Positions 42,421 through 53,464 of a stretch of DNA of 64,000 bases are shown piece after piece. Below the pieces are notes generated by a model. That model was not told where the DNA came from. It saw only the letters and a list, made by a program, of their open reading frames with translations, and did no database searches. Source of the stretch: an uncultured Planctomycetota bacterium (GTDB taxonomy: Bacteria > Planctomycetota > Planctomycetia > Isosphaerales > Isosphaeraceae); assembly GCA_963823665.1 (NCBI GenBank), contig CAWGMQ010000003.1:96001-160000 (forward strand), written 5' to 3'. The position numbers and the translations under genes are program-made. Numbering within the stretch: position 1 is the first letter of the stretch; each line of letters starts with the position of its first letter.

Positions 42421-42487
42421 GACCCACAAGCGTGCCCGGTCAGACCGGGGTCGAGGGACATGGCGAAGGGGGACCGCGAGGCACCGA

Positions 42488-42587
42488 TCGATCGCAGAAC
42501 GCGAACGGGTGGGAGTTACGGGTGCCTGGCTTCTAAGAAAACCCACTCCAGAGACCGGGCGTCTGGCTCGCCAGAGGTTGGGTGTCA
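42488..42587 (+). repeat. ~100-bp repeat module, copy 3
   Basis: ATCGATCGCAGAACGCGAACGGGT..AAAACCCACTCCAGAGACCGGGC..GGGTGTC, as at 34188 and 35470. Confidence 0.85.
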
Positions 42588-42783
42588 GTCTTCCGCTGTG
42601 CGCGCTGTCGGCCGCGAGTCATCTGGCAATCGCGGGGCGCGAACTGGCGCGAGTCATCTGTGCCTGGCTTTTCCCTGACTCAGTCCGGAGAATGGTAACC
42701 GGCTCGTCTCGGGCTCCTCTCCGTGTCATGTGTGCCTGGCTTTTCCCGGAGCCGAGTCCGAAGAATGGATGTTTGGCTTGCCC

Positions 42784-43422
42784 TTACCAAGTTGCCGGTT
42801 TATGGATCGTTCCGTGGGCATCGGTGAGGGTCCCCGGGAGTTGGCATGTGGGCAGAAGCGAGGTATCCACGAGCAGCGATTTCGTGGCCACCTTGCGTAA
42901 TTCAAAGCTGGGTTTCCGGCCGGGCCTGCACGGATGCAGCACCAGCACGTTCTTTTTGAATTTCTGCCGCACGAGGCGGATCGGCTCCGCCAGGTCGGAA
43001 TCATTGGAGACGATCACCGCTGTTTCATACTCGTCGTCGAAAGCGTCCACCAGTAGGTAGGTCGCAATGTTCACGTCCGACCCTTTCTCCTCGCTCTTCA
43101 TCACCTGCACCGTCTTCGGTCCCGTTGCCGGCATCGGGTGCAACGGCATGCGTGTCGGTTTTTCCAAGTAACTGCCGAGGTGAACCGTCAGATGAGGCAG
43201 GGTCCGCAGGGCACGCAGATAAGTTTGCTGCCGAACCCGTTGTTGCGGATTATTCGACCGGGCGTTGACGTGAGCTGTGAAATAGCGGATGCGAGTGATC
43301 TGATTGCGTGGAGGAGGAAAGGACGCTTGGCAAAAAGTAGCGAGGTCAAGCCATTTATGTGGGGTGCCTTTCAGGCAGCCATAATACAGGTTGAAGCCGT
43401 CGATGTAGACGTTCGTCTTCAT
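42784..43422 (-). CDS. NYN/LabA-DUF88 (PIN-fold) ribonuclease
   Basis: VYIDGFNLYYG, IRYFTA, EEKGSDVNIA, VSNDSDL acidic catalytic motifs intact. Confidence 0.92.
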   Translation of the reverse strand: MKTNVYIDGFNLYYGCLKGTPHKWLDLATFCQASFPPPRNQITRIRYFTAHVNARSNNPQQRVRQQTYLRALRTLPHLTVHLGSYLEKPTRMPLHPMPATGPKTVQVMKSEEKGSDVNIATYLLVDAFDDEYETAVIVSNDSDLAEPIRLVRQKFKKNVLVLHPCRPGRKPSFELRKVATKSLLVDTSLLPTCQLPGTLTDAHGTIHKPATW

Positions 43423-43435
43423 CCATGATCGCTTG

Positions 43436-43507
43436 GGGAAAAGCTAGGGCCACCCGGTGAAGGGTGGCCCTGCTACCCAACCGCCGAAGTGGTTGGGGGG
43501 GTGATGT
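43436..43507 (-). ncRNA. Candidate structured leader/small RNA upstream of NYN
   Basis: Hairpin 1 CCCAACCAC-UUCG-GCGGUUGGG; hairpin 2 AGGGCCACCC/GGGUGGCCCU followed by AGCUUUU. Confidence 0.55.
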
Positions 43508-43513
43508 AAGCAT

Positions 43514-43542
43514 ATTATGCTTCAAAATGACCGGATTGTCAA
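43514..43542 (-). promoter_or_regulatory. Near-consensus sigma70 promoter
   Basis: TTGACA - 17 bp - CATAAT on the minus strand. Confidence 0.75.
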
Positions 43543-44025
43543 CAACGGCATTCTAGTGGCGTCGAATCGCAGCATGTAGGTTCGCTTGTGAAGCATGGCA
43601 CCTGTGCGACTGGGTGCTCAATGATCCCCACTCCTCGAATGCAGCAAGGAAGGAAATACGCCGTTCGGCGCACAACCACGGCCTCTGGTCATTTCCAGCA
43701 CGCAAGAGACGCGTGTCCGACGCTCCGCCGACGGTGGTTTCTGACATCCGTGGACGGCCCATACAAGGATTCCCGATCGCGGCGCCGGCGAGTACCGCGC
43801 GAGTGAGTTCACGCTTCGCTGAACGAGCATTTTCCGAAAAGGGCGCGCGCTCTCCCCGCTGGATTTCCGCCTTGATCTCTGGGGGAGTGTCAGAGATTTT
43901 GGTGTGGCCCGGCCGTTCATCCGGCTCGCCCGTTCAACTTTCGTTGACGGAGGAGTCGCATGCTGGGGATCGATCTCGCTCTCGGGCGGCCGAGCGTGAA
44001 ACCACCGATGGCGGAGGCTTGCGCG

Positions 44026-44262
44026 ATGCGTGACTCGAATCGACGTGGCTTCCTGGCAACCTCAGCCGCGGCGGCAGCCGCGCCACTCTTGCCGGATCTT
44101 GGCTTTCTTGCCCCGGTCAGCCGGGCGGCCGCCACCGATACGCGAATCGACCCCAATCAGGTCCGCCATAGCCCGAGCATCGGTCAGTTGATCAAGCTGA
44201 TCCAAACGACGCCACGGGACAAGTGCGTCCCCGTCTTCCTCGAGCAACTTCAGGCCGGGGGT
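44026..44262 (+). pseudogene. N-terminal fragment of a Tat-exported protein, truncated at AGACACCC
   Basis: SNRRGFL twin-arginine signal; IKLIQTTPRDKC..EQLQAG, then the motif at 44266. Confidence 0.65.
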
Positions 44263-44358
44263 TTCAGACACCCGCATTTCCCTCTGTGAGGGAATTCAGG
44301 CGGCTGACAGCGCCCAGGAGCTTGCAAGGAAATTGTGGATGTCTGCAACTCCCGTCGA

Positions 44359-45492
44359 TCAACGCACTCGCGGAAGCGTGCTCGGCGCGAGGCGATAAAC
44401 CATCGACTTCAACCAGACCCCGATCTCGAGCACATCCACGTCTCCATTCTGGCTGAGCGCCGTCCATTTCGGGATCGGGTTAGCAACAGTGCCGCGGGGG
44501 ATGGATTCGGTCAGGCTGTAGGCCGTGGCCACGCCCTTGGGATTGATGCGGCCGATCGCGTAGCCGTTCAACGTCGAGAACCAGAGCGAACCATCGGCCG
44601 ATCCCAGATACGTGTAAAATGCGCTGGCAATCGCGGCAGGGAGCTTGTAAGGCGTGATGGTCCCGGCGGTCGACACCCGATCGACCACGTTCTGCCCCTT
44701 CGCGTTGGCAGCGGTCACGATCAGAGTGCCGTGTGGCCCATTCCCCACCTTCGCATAAGCCGCGTGATTGATCGGGAATTCAGTGACGGCGCCCGCTGGC
44801 GAGAGCCGGCCGAGGACCGAGTTATTGCCGGAGAGCTCGGTGAACCGGAGATTGCCGTCGGCTCCCACCGTGAGCGAGTTGAGTACCGTTTGGGGACCGA
44901 CGGACGGGAGGGGGAAAACCGTGATCGCTCCAGCGTTCGTCACCAGGTCGACGTAGTTCTGGTTCTGGCCGGACGCATTCTGGCCATTCCAACCGAACCA
45001 GGCGTCGTCGCCGGAACCGCTGACGATCCCGACCGGCAAGGTGAATCCTCCGGAAGGATCAGGAACCGCAAATTCGGTGACTGCACCGACCGGCGTCAGT
45101 TCGCCAACGAAAACGTTCAGGCTTTCATTAGAGGTGGAAGCATAATTTAACCCCGCGAACCACACGTTGCCATCCGACCCAGCCGTGAGCATGAAGGCAA
45201 ATGCGTTGCCGGGGACGGGGAACGACGTGAGCTTACCGCTGGGGCTGATCCGATCGATCTCGTGTGACAAAGGGTTTGCGGCGAACCACCCAGGGTCTTC
45301 GCCGAGCCACAGGTTTCCGCCCGGACCGGAGGCCACCTGCGACGGGTAGTCGGACAGCGTCACAGGCAGATCGATCGCCTGCGACAAGAGCCGGCGGCCT
45401 TCGAGGTCTTCGATGGCGAACGGCCGGCTGCGTTTCGGTGGCCGTCGTGATGGGCGGGGGAGCGACTTCAACGCGGAGAAGAACCATGCCAT
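44359..45492 (-). CDS. Vgb (virginiamycin B lyase)-like beta-propeller, exported
   Basis: IEDLEGRRLLS planctomycete export motif; repeated GP/ADGN(L/V)WF..I.R..P.G..T.F blades. Confidence 0.8.
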   Translation of the reverse strand: MAWFFSALKSLPRPSRRPPKRSRPFAIEDLEGRRLLSQAIDLPVTLSDYPSQVASGPGGNLWLGEDPGWFAANPLSHEIDRISPSGKLTSFPVPGNAFAFMLTAGSDGNVWFAGLNYASTSNESLNVFVGELTPVGAVTEFAVPDPSGGFTLPVGIVSGSGDDAWFGWNGQNASGQNQNYVDLVTNAGAITVFPLPSVGPQTVLNSLTVGADGNLRFTELSGNNSVLGRLSPAGAVTEFPINHAAYAKVGNGPHGTLIVTAANAKGQNVVDRVSTAGTITPYKLPAAIASAFYTYLGSADGSLWFSTLNGYAIGRINPKGVATAYSLTESIPRGTVANPIPKWTALSQNGDVDVLEIGVWLKSMVYRLAPSTLPRVR

Positions 45493-45864
45493 GATCGAGC
45501 CTCCATGCTTGAATGAGTCCGGGTTGTGGGCTCTCTGACGTGTTTATCGCTGACGTCGCCAACATGTACAAGGCCAATCGCGAGTTACCGTTCGGAGAAA
45601 CCAGCTTTGGCGCGAATACGAGCGCGGACTTGGTCCGCTGTGGGTGCTGATACTCAGCAGCATCACGGACGTGTTCGCGATGCTTCCGAACAAGACCAAG
45701 GACCCTTCTCCCGAAGAGGCCAAGAGGTGTCGGAAAGTTAGCGATGAGGCTTGCAGGATGAGCTTCGCTTTGTTGCAGACTTCGGCCAACCAGGCGGCTT
45801 TCATGCAGGCCGCTCGCAGCCTGCTTTGTGTCAAGGCGACGCGCGACCCGCACGACCTCCAGTA

Positions 45865-46008
45865 CGTGGGCGAAGCCTCGACCCACACGTCGAGATCCTT
45901 CGTGTAGCGCGGCTCCGTGTACTTAATCACCGCAAATCCGCCTACGACGAGGTAGCGAACTTTATGCTCGTTGAAAACTCTCAACAGATCTTTGAAGTCT
46001 GAGTTCAT
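45865..46008 (-). pseudogene. Truncated nucleotidyltransferase (MNT-like)
   Basis: MNSDFKDLLRVFNEHKVRYLVVGGFAV..PRYTKDLDVWV (GG..DxD), cut after ~48 aa. Confidence 0.75.
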
Positions 46009-46237
46009 CCGGCTTCATGCCTTGTTGTCGGTGATAGAACTCGATCAATTCCCACGCGGCGCGATAAATTGCAGCGTCGCCTTGCCGTTGCCAGTACTCG
46101 ATGTCGAACGAACGATCTGCGTCCTTAATGCGGCCGAATCGCTCCATCACGAAATCAGTCTCGGTGCTTTCGACTGAGGCAGAATTGACATTGAGACTTG
46201 CTTTGGTTGCTTGTGTTTCTCGAGAACGCTTTCTCAT
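45962..46237 (-). CDS. Small partner protein upstream of the nucleotidyltransferase
   Basis: DRSFDIEYWQRQGDAAIYRAAWEL..RLQRSV; overlaps the NTase start. Confidence 0.6.
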   Translation of the reverse strand: MRKRSRETQATKASLNVNSASVESTETDFVMERFGRIKDADRSFDIEYWQRQGDAAIYRAAWELIEFYHRQQGMKPDELRLQRSVESFQRA

Positions 46238-46743
46238 GGCTGATGCCTCGGTTAACCTGGCGCCCGTCGATTCGTCCGCGGGTTGAAACGGTCGGCCTGT
46301 GCGTGGGTCAATTATGCGAAGTCCACCGTATTCTTGGAAGGGTCGGTTCATTCGCAAGGGAAGCTGGAGGTCTAGGCTTGCAGGATGAGCTTCGCCTTGT
46401 TGCAGACTTCGGCCAACCTGGTGGCTTTCATGCAGGCCGCTCGCAGCCCGCTTTGTGTCAAGGCGACGCGGAGACCCGCACGACCTCAAGTATCCCGTGG
46501 CGGCATTCGAAGACACGAGCCTGGCGAATGCGGAGTGGCGCCCCTACCTTCTGGCCTCGTCGGTCCATGCGCTCCACGGTACTGCGAGCGCCGACTCGAC
46601 CGCGCTCGTCCAGGCGCGGAAGGCGCTGATGTAATCGGCACGACTTGCGTCAGCGGAATCCGCGCGGCAACTCGGAAGCACAGTGTATGTTCTTTTTTCT
46701 TTCGAACTGAGCTTGAGTGCGATCGAGCACACGAGCCGAGGGC

Positions 46744-48708
46744 TCATGTTGTTCCGAGCAGGAGAGACGCGACGCTCGCTGCCACCGGCGCCAGGATCGA
46801 AACGCCGGCGCGGAGGTGCTCAACCGCACCTGAACCTATTTGCATGCGTTTTTCGAGGCTCTTGCGGTTGGCGTCCCAACCGGAGAACTTAGCCCAGTCC
46901 AGATCGAACGCGGTGATCGGATACGCCGAATCAATAAGATCGGACCCGACAGAGGCGAGGAGTGTATACAACGGTATGTAGACCAACGCGAGCAGCCCTG
47001 TGAAATATCCTCCCTCGAGCAGCCCGTATTCGGGCGGGAAATGCAGCAGCAGCCCCTCCGGTGGCCAAGATTGCCTGTCGTAAGGCGCCGTTGGCCAGCA
47101 CGGTCAGGGCAATGATCGCTCCCAGCACCGTGATGAAGCGCTGCAAGTAGGCCCGCAAGTCGATAATGGTCTGAATTCCTGCTTGAAGGGAGCTTACGGG
47201 ACGGCCGCCTGTGCCTTTTTCCGTAAACGTTTTCACGGCGCGGCGCGGACGTGCCAGATCCCGGCCATGGCGACCAGCGCGACCGCAGAGGCGAGCGTGC
47301 TCACGATCACCATCTTCAGTTGGTGATGGGCCAAATTGGAGTCGGGCACGATGAGGGTCAGGAAGAAAACGGGCAGGACGAAAAAGAAAGCAGCGGCCGT
47401 GGCCTTCAGCGGGATATCACGATTCAGGCGGACGCCATAGTCCAGCCGCAGCCTCGACCGCCAGCGCCAGACCGGCCCAATAATCGCGGCCCAGAAAGCG
47501 ACCTGACCGGCGACCAGGCAAATCCAGACCAGAGTTTTCGGCGAATGGAGAAACGTCCAGTTCCTCGAAGACAGCCACGGACCGGCCCACATGTAGTCGG
47601 CAGTAATGATCAGGAGCCCGGCAAAGAAGCCAAGGAGTACTCTCATGAGGATCTTGATCGGTATTCGATCCGTGTCGGATTCCTTCAGCGTTGATGGAAA
47701 GCTTACCGCTTCCTGCGTCGAACTGGGATCGCTCACAATCGAGACAGCAGGAGTCATGGCCGAAGCCGTTTCTGGTGCGCTCTTCAGAAACTCCCTCAGC
47801 TCGTCTGCCATGTCTCGAGCTGTTGTGAAACGGTCGGTGGAACGCTTCGACATCGCTTTCAGGCAGATGCGTTCGAGCTCCTTGGGAATCGTGTCGTCGA
47901 TCTGGCGCGGTGGACGAGGTTCGACGGTGGCGATCAGGTCCAGGAGTTCGACGAGGGCCTCGACCTTGTCGTGCGCTTTCGCGATGAACGGTCGTCTCCC
48001 GCTCAGCAATTCGTACAACACGACCCCAAGGCTGAAGATATCGGAGCGCCCGTCAACCCTGTGTCCCTCGCCCAGTGCTTGTTCTGGGCTCATGTACGAG
48101 GGAGTTCCCGCGACTCTTGCGCCGCTGCCAAAGTCCTCTTCCTTGAGCGCCAACCCGAAGTCGGACAGGAATGGCTTCCCCGAAGCATCAATCAGAATGT
48201 TGGCTGGCTTGACGTCGCGATGAACCAAGCCGTGCGTATGGGCGCAATGAAGGGCTTCGGCCACGTTCGCCACCAGCAAGGCGGCGGCGCGGCAATCGAC
48301 CCGTTGTTGTTTCAGTGTTTTCGAGAGGTCGGTCCCGTCGATAAATTTCGAGACAACGTAGCAGGGGCAGTTATCCGTGCTTCCCACATCATGCACTGGG
48401 ACGATGCCGGGATGGTCGAGATTGGCGACCGTGCGAGCCTCGGCCAGATACGCTTCGGTATCTTCGGGTTGCGAGATCAGGCTGGCGTGCGGCACCTTGA
48501 CGGCGACGGGCCGGTTCAGTTGCTCATCGTGAGCGAGATAGACGAGGCCGAAGGCCCCTTGGCCCAGCACTTTCTCGATGCGATAGCGACCGATCCGCTG
48601 GGGATGCTCGGCAGGCGCAGCCCCACGTTGGGAGATCGGTTTCCCTTTGTAGTCCTCCGTCACATCGAGTGCATTGGTTTCGTCCACGTCTGCTGTCGCC
48701 ATGCTCAC
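46744..48708 (-). CDS. Ser/Thr protein kinase with a multi-TM C-terminal domain (frameshifted tail)
   Basis: LGQGAFGLVY, VAVK, HRDVKPAN, DFG, GTPSYMSPEQ, DIFSLG; hydrophobic C-terminus continues in ORFs 46931..47236 and 46744..46986. Confidence 0.85.
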
Positions 48709-48993
48709 CCATGCCCGTCATCTTCGTCAGCTCTGGATCAGGTTCGATTTTACAGGCATGATTCGAGATCGGCCACAACCCATCAATCATCGTCAAGCCT
48801 GGGCGGACCTCTATTCGGACGCCGGTTGGTAACAAATTAGTAACGGCTTCGGCAACGTCAGCCGCATACGGCCACATCGTGAAATCACCAAGGTGGCGAC
48901 GCGCTAGCCCTGGATTCGCAGACTTCAGGCGCAGCGGCAACGTTTTCGGGCGGGACTCAAGGAAAAGGGGAGAAGTCAGGGAGAAGTCAGACA

Positions 48994-49028
48994 TTGCGCA
49001 AGAAGCTCGGAAAAGGAGGATCATCTCA
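48994..49028 (+). ncRNA. 5' tip of a group II intron (second lineage)
   Basis: CAGACA^TTGCGCAAGAAGCTCGGAAAAGGAGGATCATCT matches 42157-42197. Confidence 0.7.
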
Positions 49029-49337
49029 AATCTCCGCAGATGACGCCGATTGACGCAGATAAGAAAGAAAGGGGCGGCCGTATTTGCTCGGATTGCCTTG
49101 GAGCTGGGACGGTGGCGGCCAGATATTCCGCCGTAGCGGCGCCTTGGGCGGCTGTTACTTAGGCGGGCGATCCAGCCCTTCCTCGCCGATGTCCTCCAGG
49201 AACGCGAGCGTCCCTGCGCAGATGTCGGAACGTCTGCAGCACTTGGTCATACGGCGGGTAGGCCGACAGATCATCCCGAGTCTCGCTGCCCCAGTGATCG
49301 CGCTGGGTGCCGAGGTACGCGACCTTGATGCCGCTGA

Positions 49338-49811
<474 letters not shown>

Positions 49812-50259
49812 GACCTTCGCCGCCCGTACGGAGACCGATGGCCCGACCAGCGGGGTATGGTTTCACAGAGCGCTTACGTGCCGCGGGCTGATGACAGCTT
49901 GCGTAAACGCCAGTCGCACGGCACATGATGAGTTAGACGTGTTGAGGACGAACGATCCGATCGGTCCGGAGATCGTGAGACTCCAGCCTGAGATGTCGGA
50001 CGCGGGGAGAAAATCGCCCAAAGCTCCGTTCGTGGTGATCGTGCCCTCGGCCGTATATCCGTTCTGAGGAGGCGCGGCGGCAGTGGCGGGCGGTGTTGGA
50101 GGAGTGGCCGGGAGATCGGGAGGCGGTTGCGCGGCTGGGCGATGTTGGATCATAGGGTCGGCTATCTGCGGGGCGTGCGGGCGGATGTGATGCCGGTTGC
50201 GCGGGCGGTTACTGGAGGAAGCCGGCGCCTGCAGAGCCCGGGGCTTACGCGGGCTCGAT

Positions 50260-50706
50260 CCCGGGGCTGACGCCGGCGGGCTATATGATGTCGCCCGTTT
50301 GGGGCTGGCGTGGCGGTGGGTGCCATTTCGAGGGACCCGGGGCTGACGCGGGCTCGATCTTACGCCGCCGGGCTTTATGATGTCGCCTCTTCGAGGCTGA
50401 CGTGCTGCGCGCGCCGATTCAGGGGCCCCTTACGCCGCCGGGCTATATGATGTCGCCTCTTCGAGGCTGACGTGCTGGCGCGCGCCGATTCAGGGGCCCC
50501 GGGGCTTACGCCGCCGGGCTTTATGATGTCGCCTCTTCGAGGCTGACGTGCTGGCGCGCGCCGATTCAGGGGCCCCGGGGCTTACGCCGCCGGGCTTTAT
50601 GATGTCGCCTCTTCGAGGCTGACGTGCTGGCGCGTGCTTTTCGGGGAACTTCGGGAAACCCGGGGCTTACGCCACCGGGCTATATGATGTTGCCGCTTAC
50701 GCGGCT
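50260..50706 (+). repeat. Tandem array of six REP-like units
   Basis: Core (CCCGGGGCT)TACGCCGCCGGGCTWTATGATGTCGCCTCTTCGAGGCT at ~50269, 50361, 50431, 50507, 50583, 50668; the linkers between the central units are almost identical. Confidence 0.85.
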
Positions 50707-50720
50707 TCGGAGTTACCCAC

Positions 50721-51100
50721 ATATCTCTCATCGCCTTTTGTTTGCGTCGATTCACAGCTACCTCGACCCGTCAAACGGTGCGGCGCTCGCAACGCGCGAG
50801 CTGCTCGAATTGCTGGCGGGGCGCGGGTGGGATTGCCGGGCCTTCACTTGCGGCGTGCTTGACTATCAGAACGAGACGCCCATTGAGAATGTCCTGAGTT
50901 CGATCGAGCGGCCGGGTTCGCGCGTCGGCGCGGCGCTCAGCCTTGGGGGCGAAGCTGAGGTTTTCGATCTGGACGTCGACGGTGTGCGCGTCACGCTCTT
51001 GCCCACGTCGTCCAGCCGCGGCGACAAGTCACCCAATCCGCGGGACGGGGCCATGTACCTCGACCTGGCCACTGCGGTGCTCGATCGGTTTCCGGCCGGA
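50721..51100 (+). pseudogene. Glycosyltransferase (GT4-like) N-terminal fragment
   Basis: RLLFASIHSYLDPSNGAALATRELLELLAGRGWDC; no clear start; ends after VLDRFP. Confidence 0.6.
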
Positions 51101-52952
51101 GATTCTGCGACTGGTCCGTTGTCAAATGCGAACCATGCTGGTCGGAACGGGCCAACTGGATGCGGGAATCGCGACGGGCGTCTTTGGCGGGTGACGGGTG
51201 GTGCGTGGCGGGTGGTGCGACTCAATTGAGAATGCGCGTTGGCTCTCGATTCGGGGGTCGCGATCGCTTTGATCGTTGGATTCATTGCGATCGGAATAAA
51301 AAGCCTAGATTTTCTGGGCGATGAAATTGCCGAATCGCGAAAGTCGATCCATGTTATAGGTAGCTCAGTCTCGATCACTGACATCGGAGTCGGTGCGAGG
51401 GGCCACCCATGTCTCTGGAACCGGGAATGATTACCGACGGAAGAGTTCCAGGCGCTCGAAGTGTTCCAGGCGGTCGAAGGCCCTGCCTGTTGACCTGCGC
51501 CCCATTGAATCGGCGCAACCTTGCCCGCGCCGGTGGGCGGGTACAGACTGAATTCAGATCAAGATCGGGATTCAGAATGTGGCCCCTTTACACTAGTGTA
51601 CGGATGCTGGAAGGCAGCCGTAAAGCGCCACTTTGCGCCACTTTGTGCCACGTGTTCGACGATCGTTTCGGGTGGACTCATTCTTTGCAAGTTCAATGGG
51701 CGTCAACAAATGGGAACAGGGCGAGGCGTTCTTCGGCGATGGCGCACGCGAGTGGCGCGTGCCACCAAGAAGCGCCACGACAAATCGATGGCTTTGTTCA
51801 CTATGTATTTTCGTCCCTTTTTCGCTGCACTCGGAGGGGTGTCTGGCTTTCCCGATGTTGGCCGGGTTCGGGTCTGAGACAGAAAATGGCGCGGCCATGG
51901 CGTTGGGACGCCCGGGTCCCGAGCAAGCGATGCAAAGCCTTGGCGTGGGATGAGATCGGTGAGTGGAATGTGACTATTTTTGGGCAAATTCGTCTCATTT
52001 CGTCTCATTTCGTCTCACTATCCAATCCATGTGAGAACCGAACGTGACTCCACCTGCATTGAGCAAGATTCTATCAGGCGACGGACGAGGCCCAGTCCGC
52101 ACTGCCGGAAGCGAGCAATTTACAGTAGTGTACTGATGCTTTAAGGCCCTCGTAATATTGCCACTTTTTGCCATTTTTTCGAGGGATTCAGCGATTGCTT
52201 TGGGTAGAGTGGCTGTTCTGTAAATGCAATGAGCGTAATCAAATGGGAATAGAGCGAGGCGTTCTTCGGCGATCGCACTAGCTTTTGGCACGTGCCACTG
52301 AGAATTGCCACGATCAGGTGCTGGTCTTGTTCACTATGTTTTGGGCCGTGATTTCACGGAACTGGAGGAGGATGCCGTTTCAAAGCGTGTTGAACGGGCA
52401 GAACATTATGAAATTATTTCAACCTTAAGAACCTATGCTGATTGAAGTTGCGTCTTCACGCCGGTCGCGGAAGTGCGGTCGAAGGGTGTGTCAGACCCAA
52501 ACCCGCGCATAATATTACTTGGCGGAGAGTTCGTCGTCGTCGCGGACGGGCGGTAAGGCGGCGCGAACCTGACCGTATCCTGGGCAACCATGCTGGTTGG
52601 TCCGTGGCTCGAATCGCGCAAGCCGACCGAATCGCGGGAGTGGAGCGCGGAGGCGTCTGGCACGCATCGGTCGATGGCGCGATTGATTGCATGTTGCGTT
52701 GTTTCAAACGCGGGGCGGGAACGCGGGGCTGGACCGGACCGAGAGACAGAGAGAGATACAAGAATTTCTCGCGTGGATTACCATAAATTACCAAATATTA
52801 CCATGGGTGAAACACTTTCGATGAGGCCGAAAACCCAAGTCGCCTTTGGTGTTACGGAGGGCGTCGTGCTCGTAGAGTGCGTGTGAGACCATCAACCCGG
52901 AGCTTCGCCGTCGTGCGAAGGCTATTTTCATTTTGCACGGGCGTGGCGAAAT

Positions 52953-53010
52953 CGTCGGGCTAAAGCCTGACCTACAACTGGGGGAATCGTCAGGCTGAAT
53001 CCTGACCTAC
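52953..53010 (-). repeat. Two GTAG-type REP palindromes
   Basis: TCGTCGGGCTAAAGCCTGACCTAC and TCGTCAGGCTGAATCCTGACCTAC. Confidence 0.7.
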
Positions 53011-53464
53011 ACTAGCGCCGGGTCGTTCCCTTAATGCTTACAGGCAAAGAAGCATCGTCAAAGTTACAAAACGAACGAACGGTCATGTCTAGAGGGGCGT
53101 CACCCAGCCCGATGAAAATGCGTGAATGCACGATCCAGCCGCGGGAGCTCAATTTTCAGAGTAACTGTTGGGCGATCGACGGAGGGCGAATGGGTTGAAT
53201 CGCAGGACGGAGGTCGGAGGGCGGAGGACGAGCGGCGGGGCGGCACGCGGATGTCATCGCGGAGCGCGCCGCGGAGCGGCGAGGGGGACGTTCCGACGCG
53301 GAGCATCGGAACGAGTGGAGCGCTCCGCGGGGCGCGGTGGACGGCGGTTGCCGTCCCATCCATGAGCCTGTTCCTGCGTCGGATGTCACGCTCTAGCCGA
53401 TCCCGCTCCCGAAAGGGTTACAATAGCGGATGGAGTTCTTCTCTTTCCAACCCGGAGTTGCAAC

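Larger units (their letters stand above)
45530..46634 (+). pseudogene. Middle and C-terminal fragments of a hypothetical protein, interrupted by a cassette between ~118-bp direct repeats
   Basis: 45747-45864 is duplicated at 46374-46492; the second copy continues HDLKYPVAAFED..WRPYLLASS..ARKALM-stop. Confidence 0.55.

Noticed and set aside
49863..50070. Short minus-strand segment resembling a secreted PEP-CTERM-type protein (GTITTNGALG..ISGWSLTI)
   Set aside because: Too short and without a credible start or sorting motif to call.
50260..50706. Possible CRISPR array
   Set aside because: Linkers are near-identical rather than unique, units are irregular and REP-like, and no cas genes are present.
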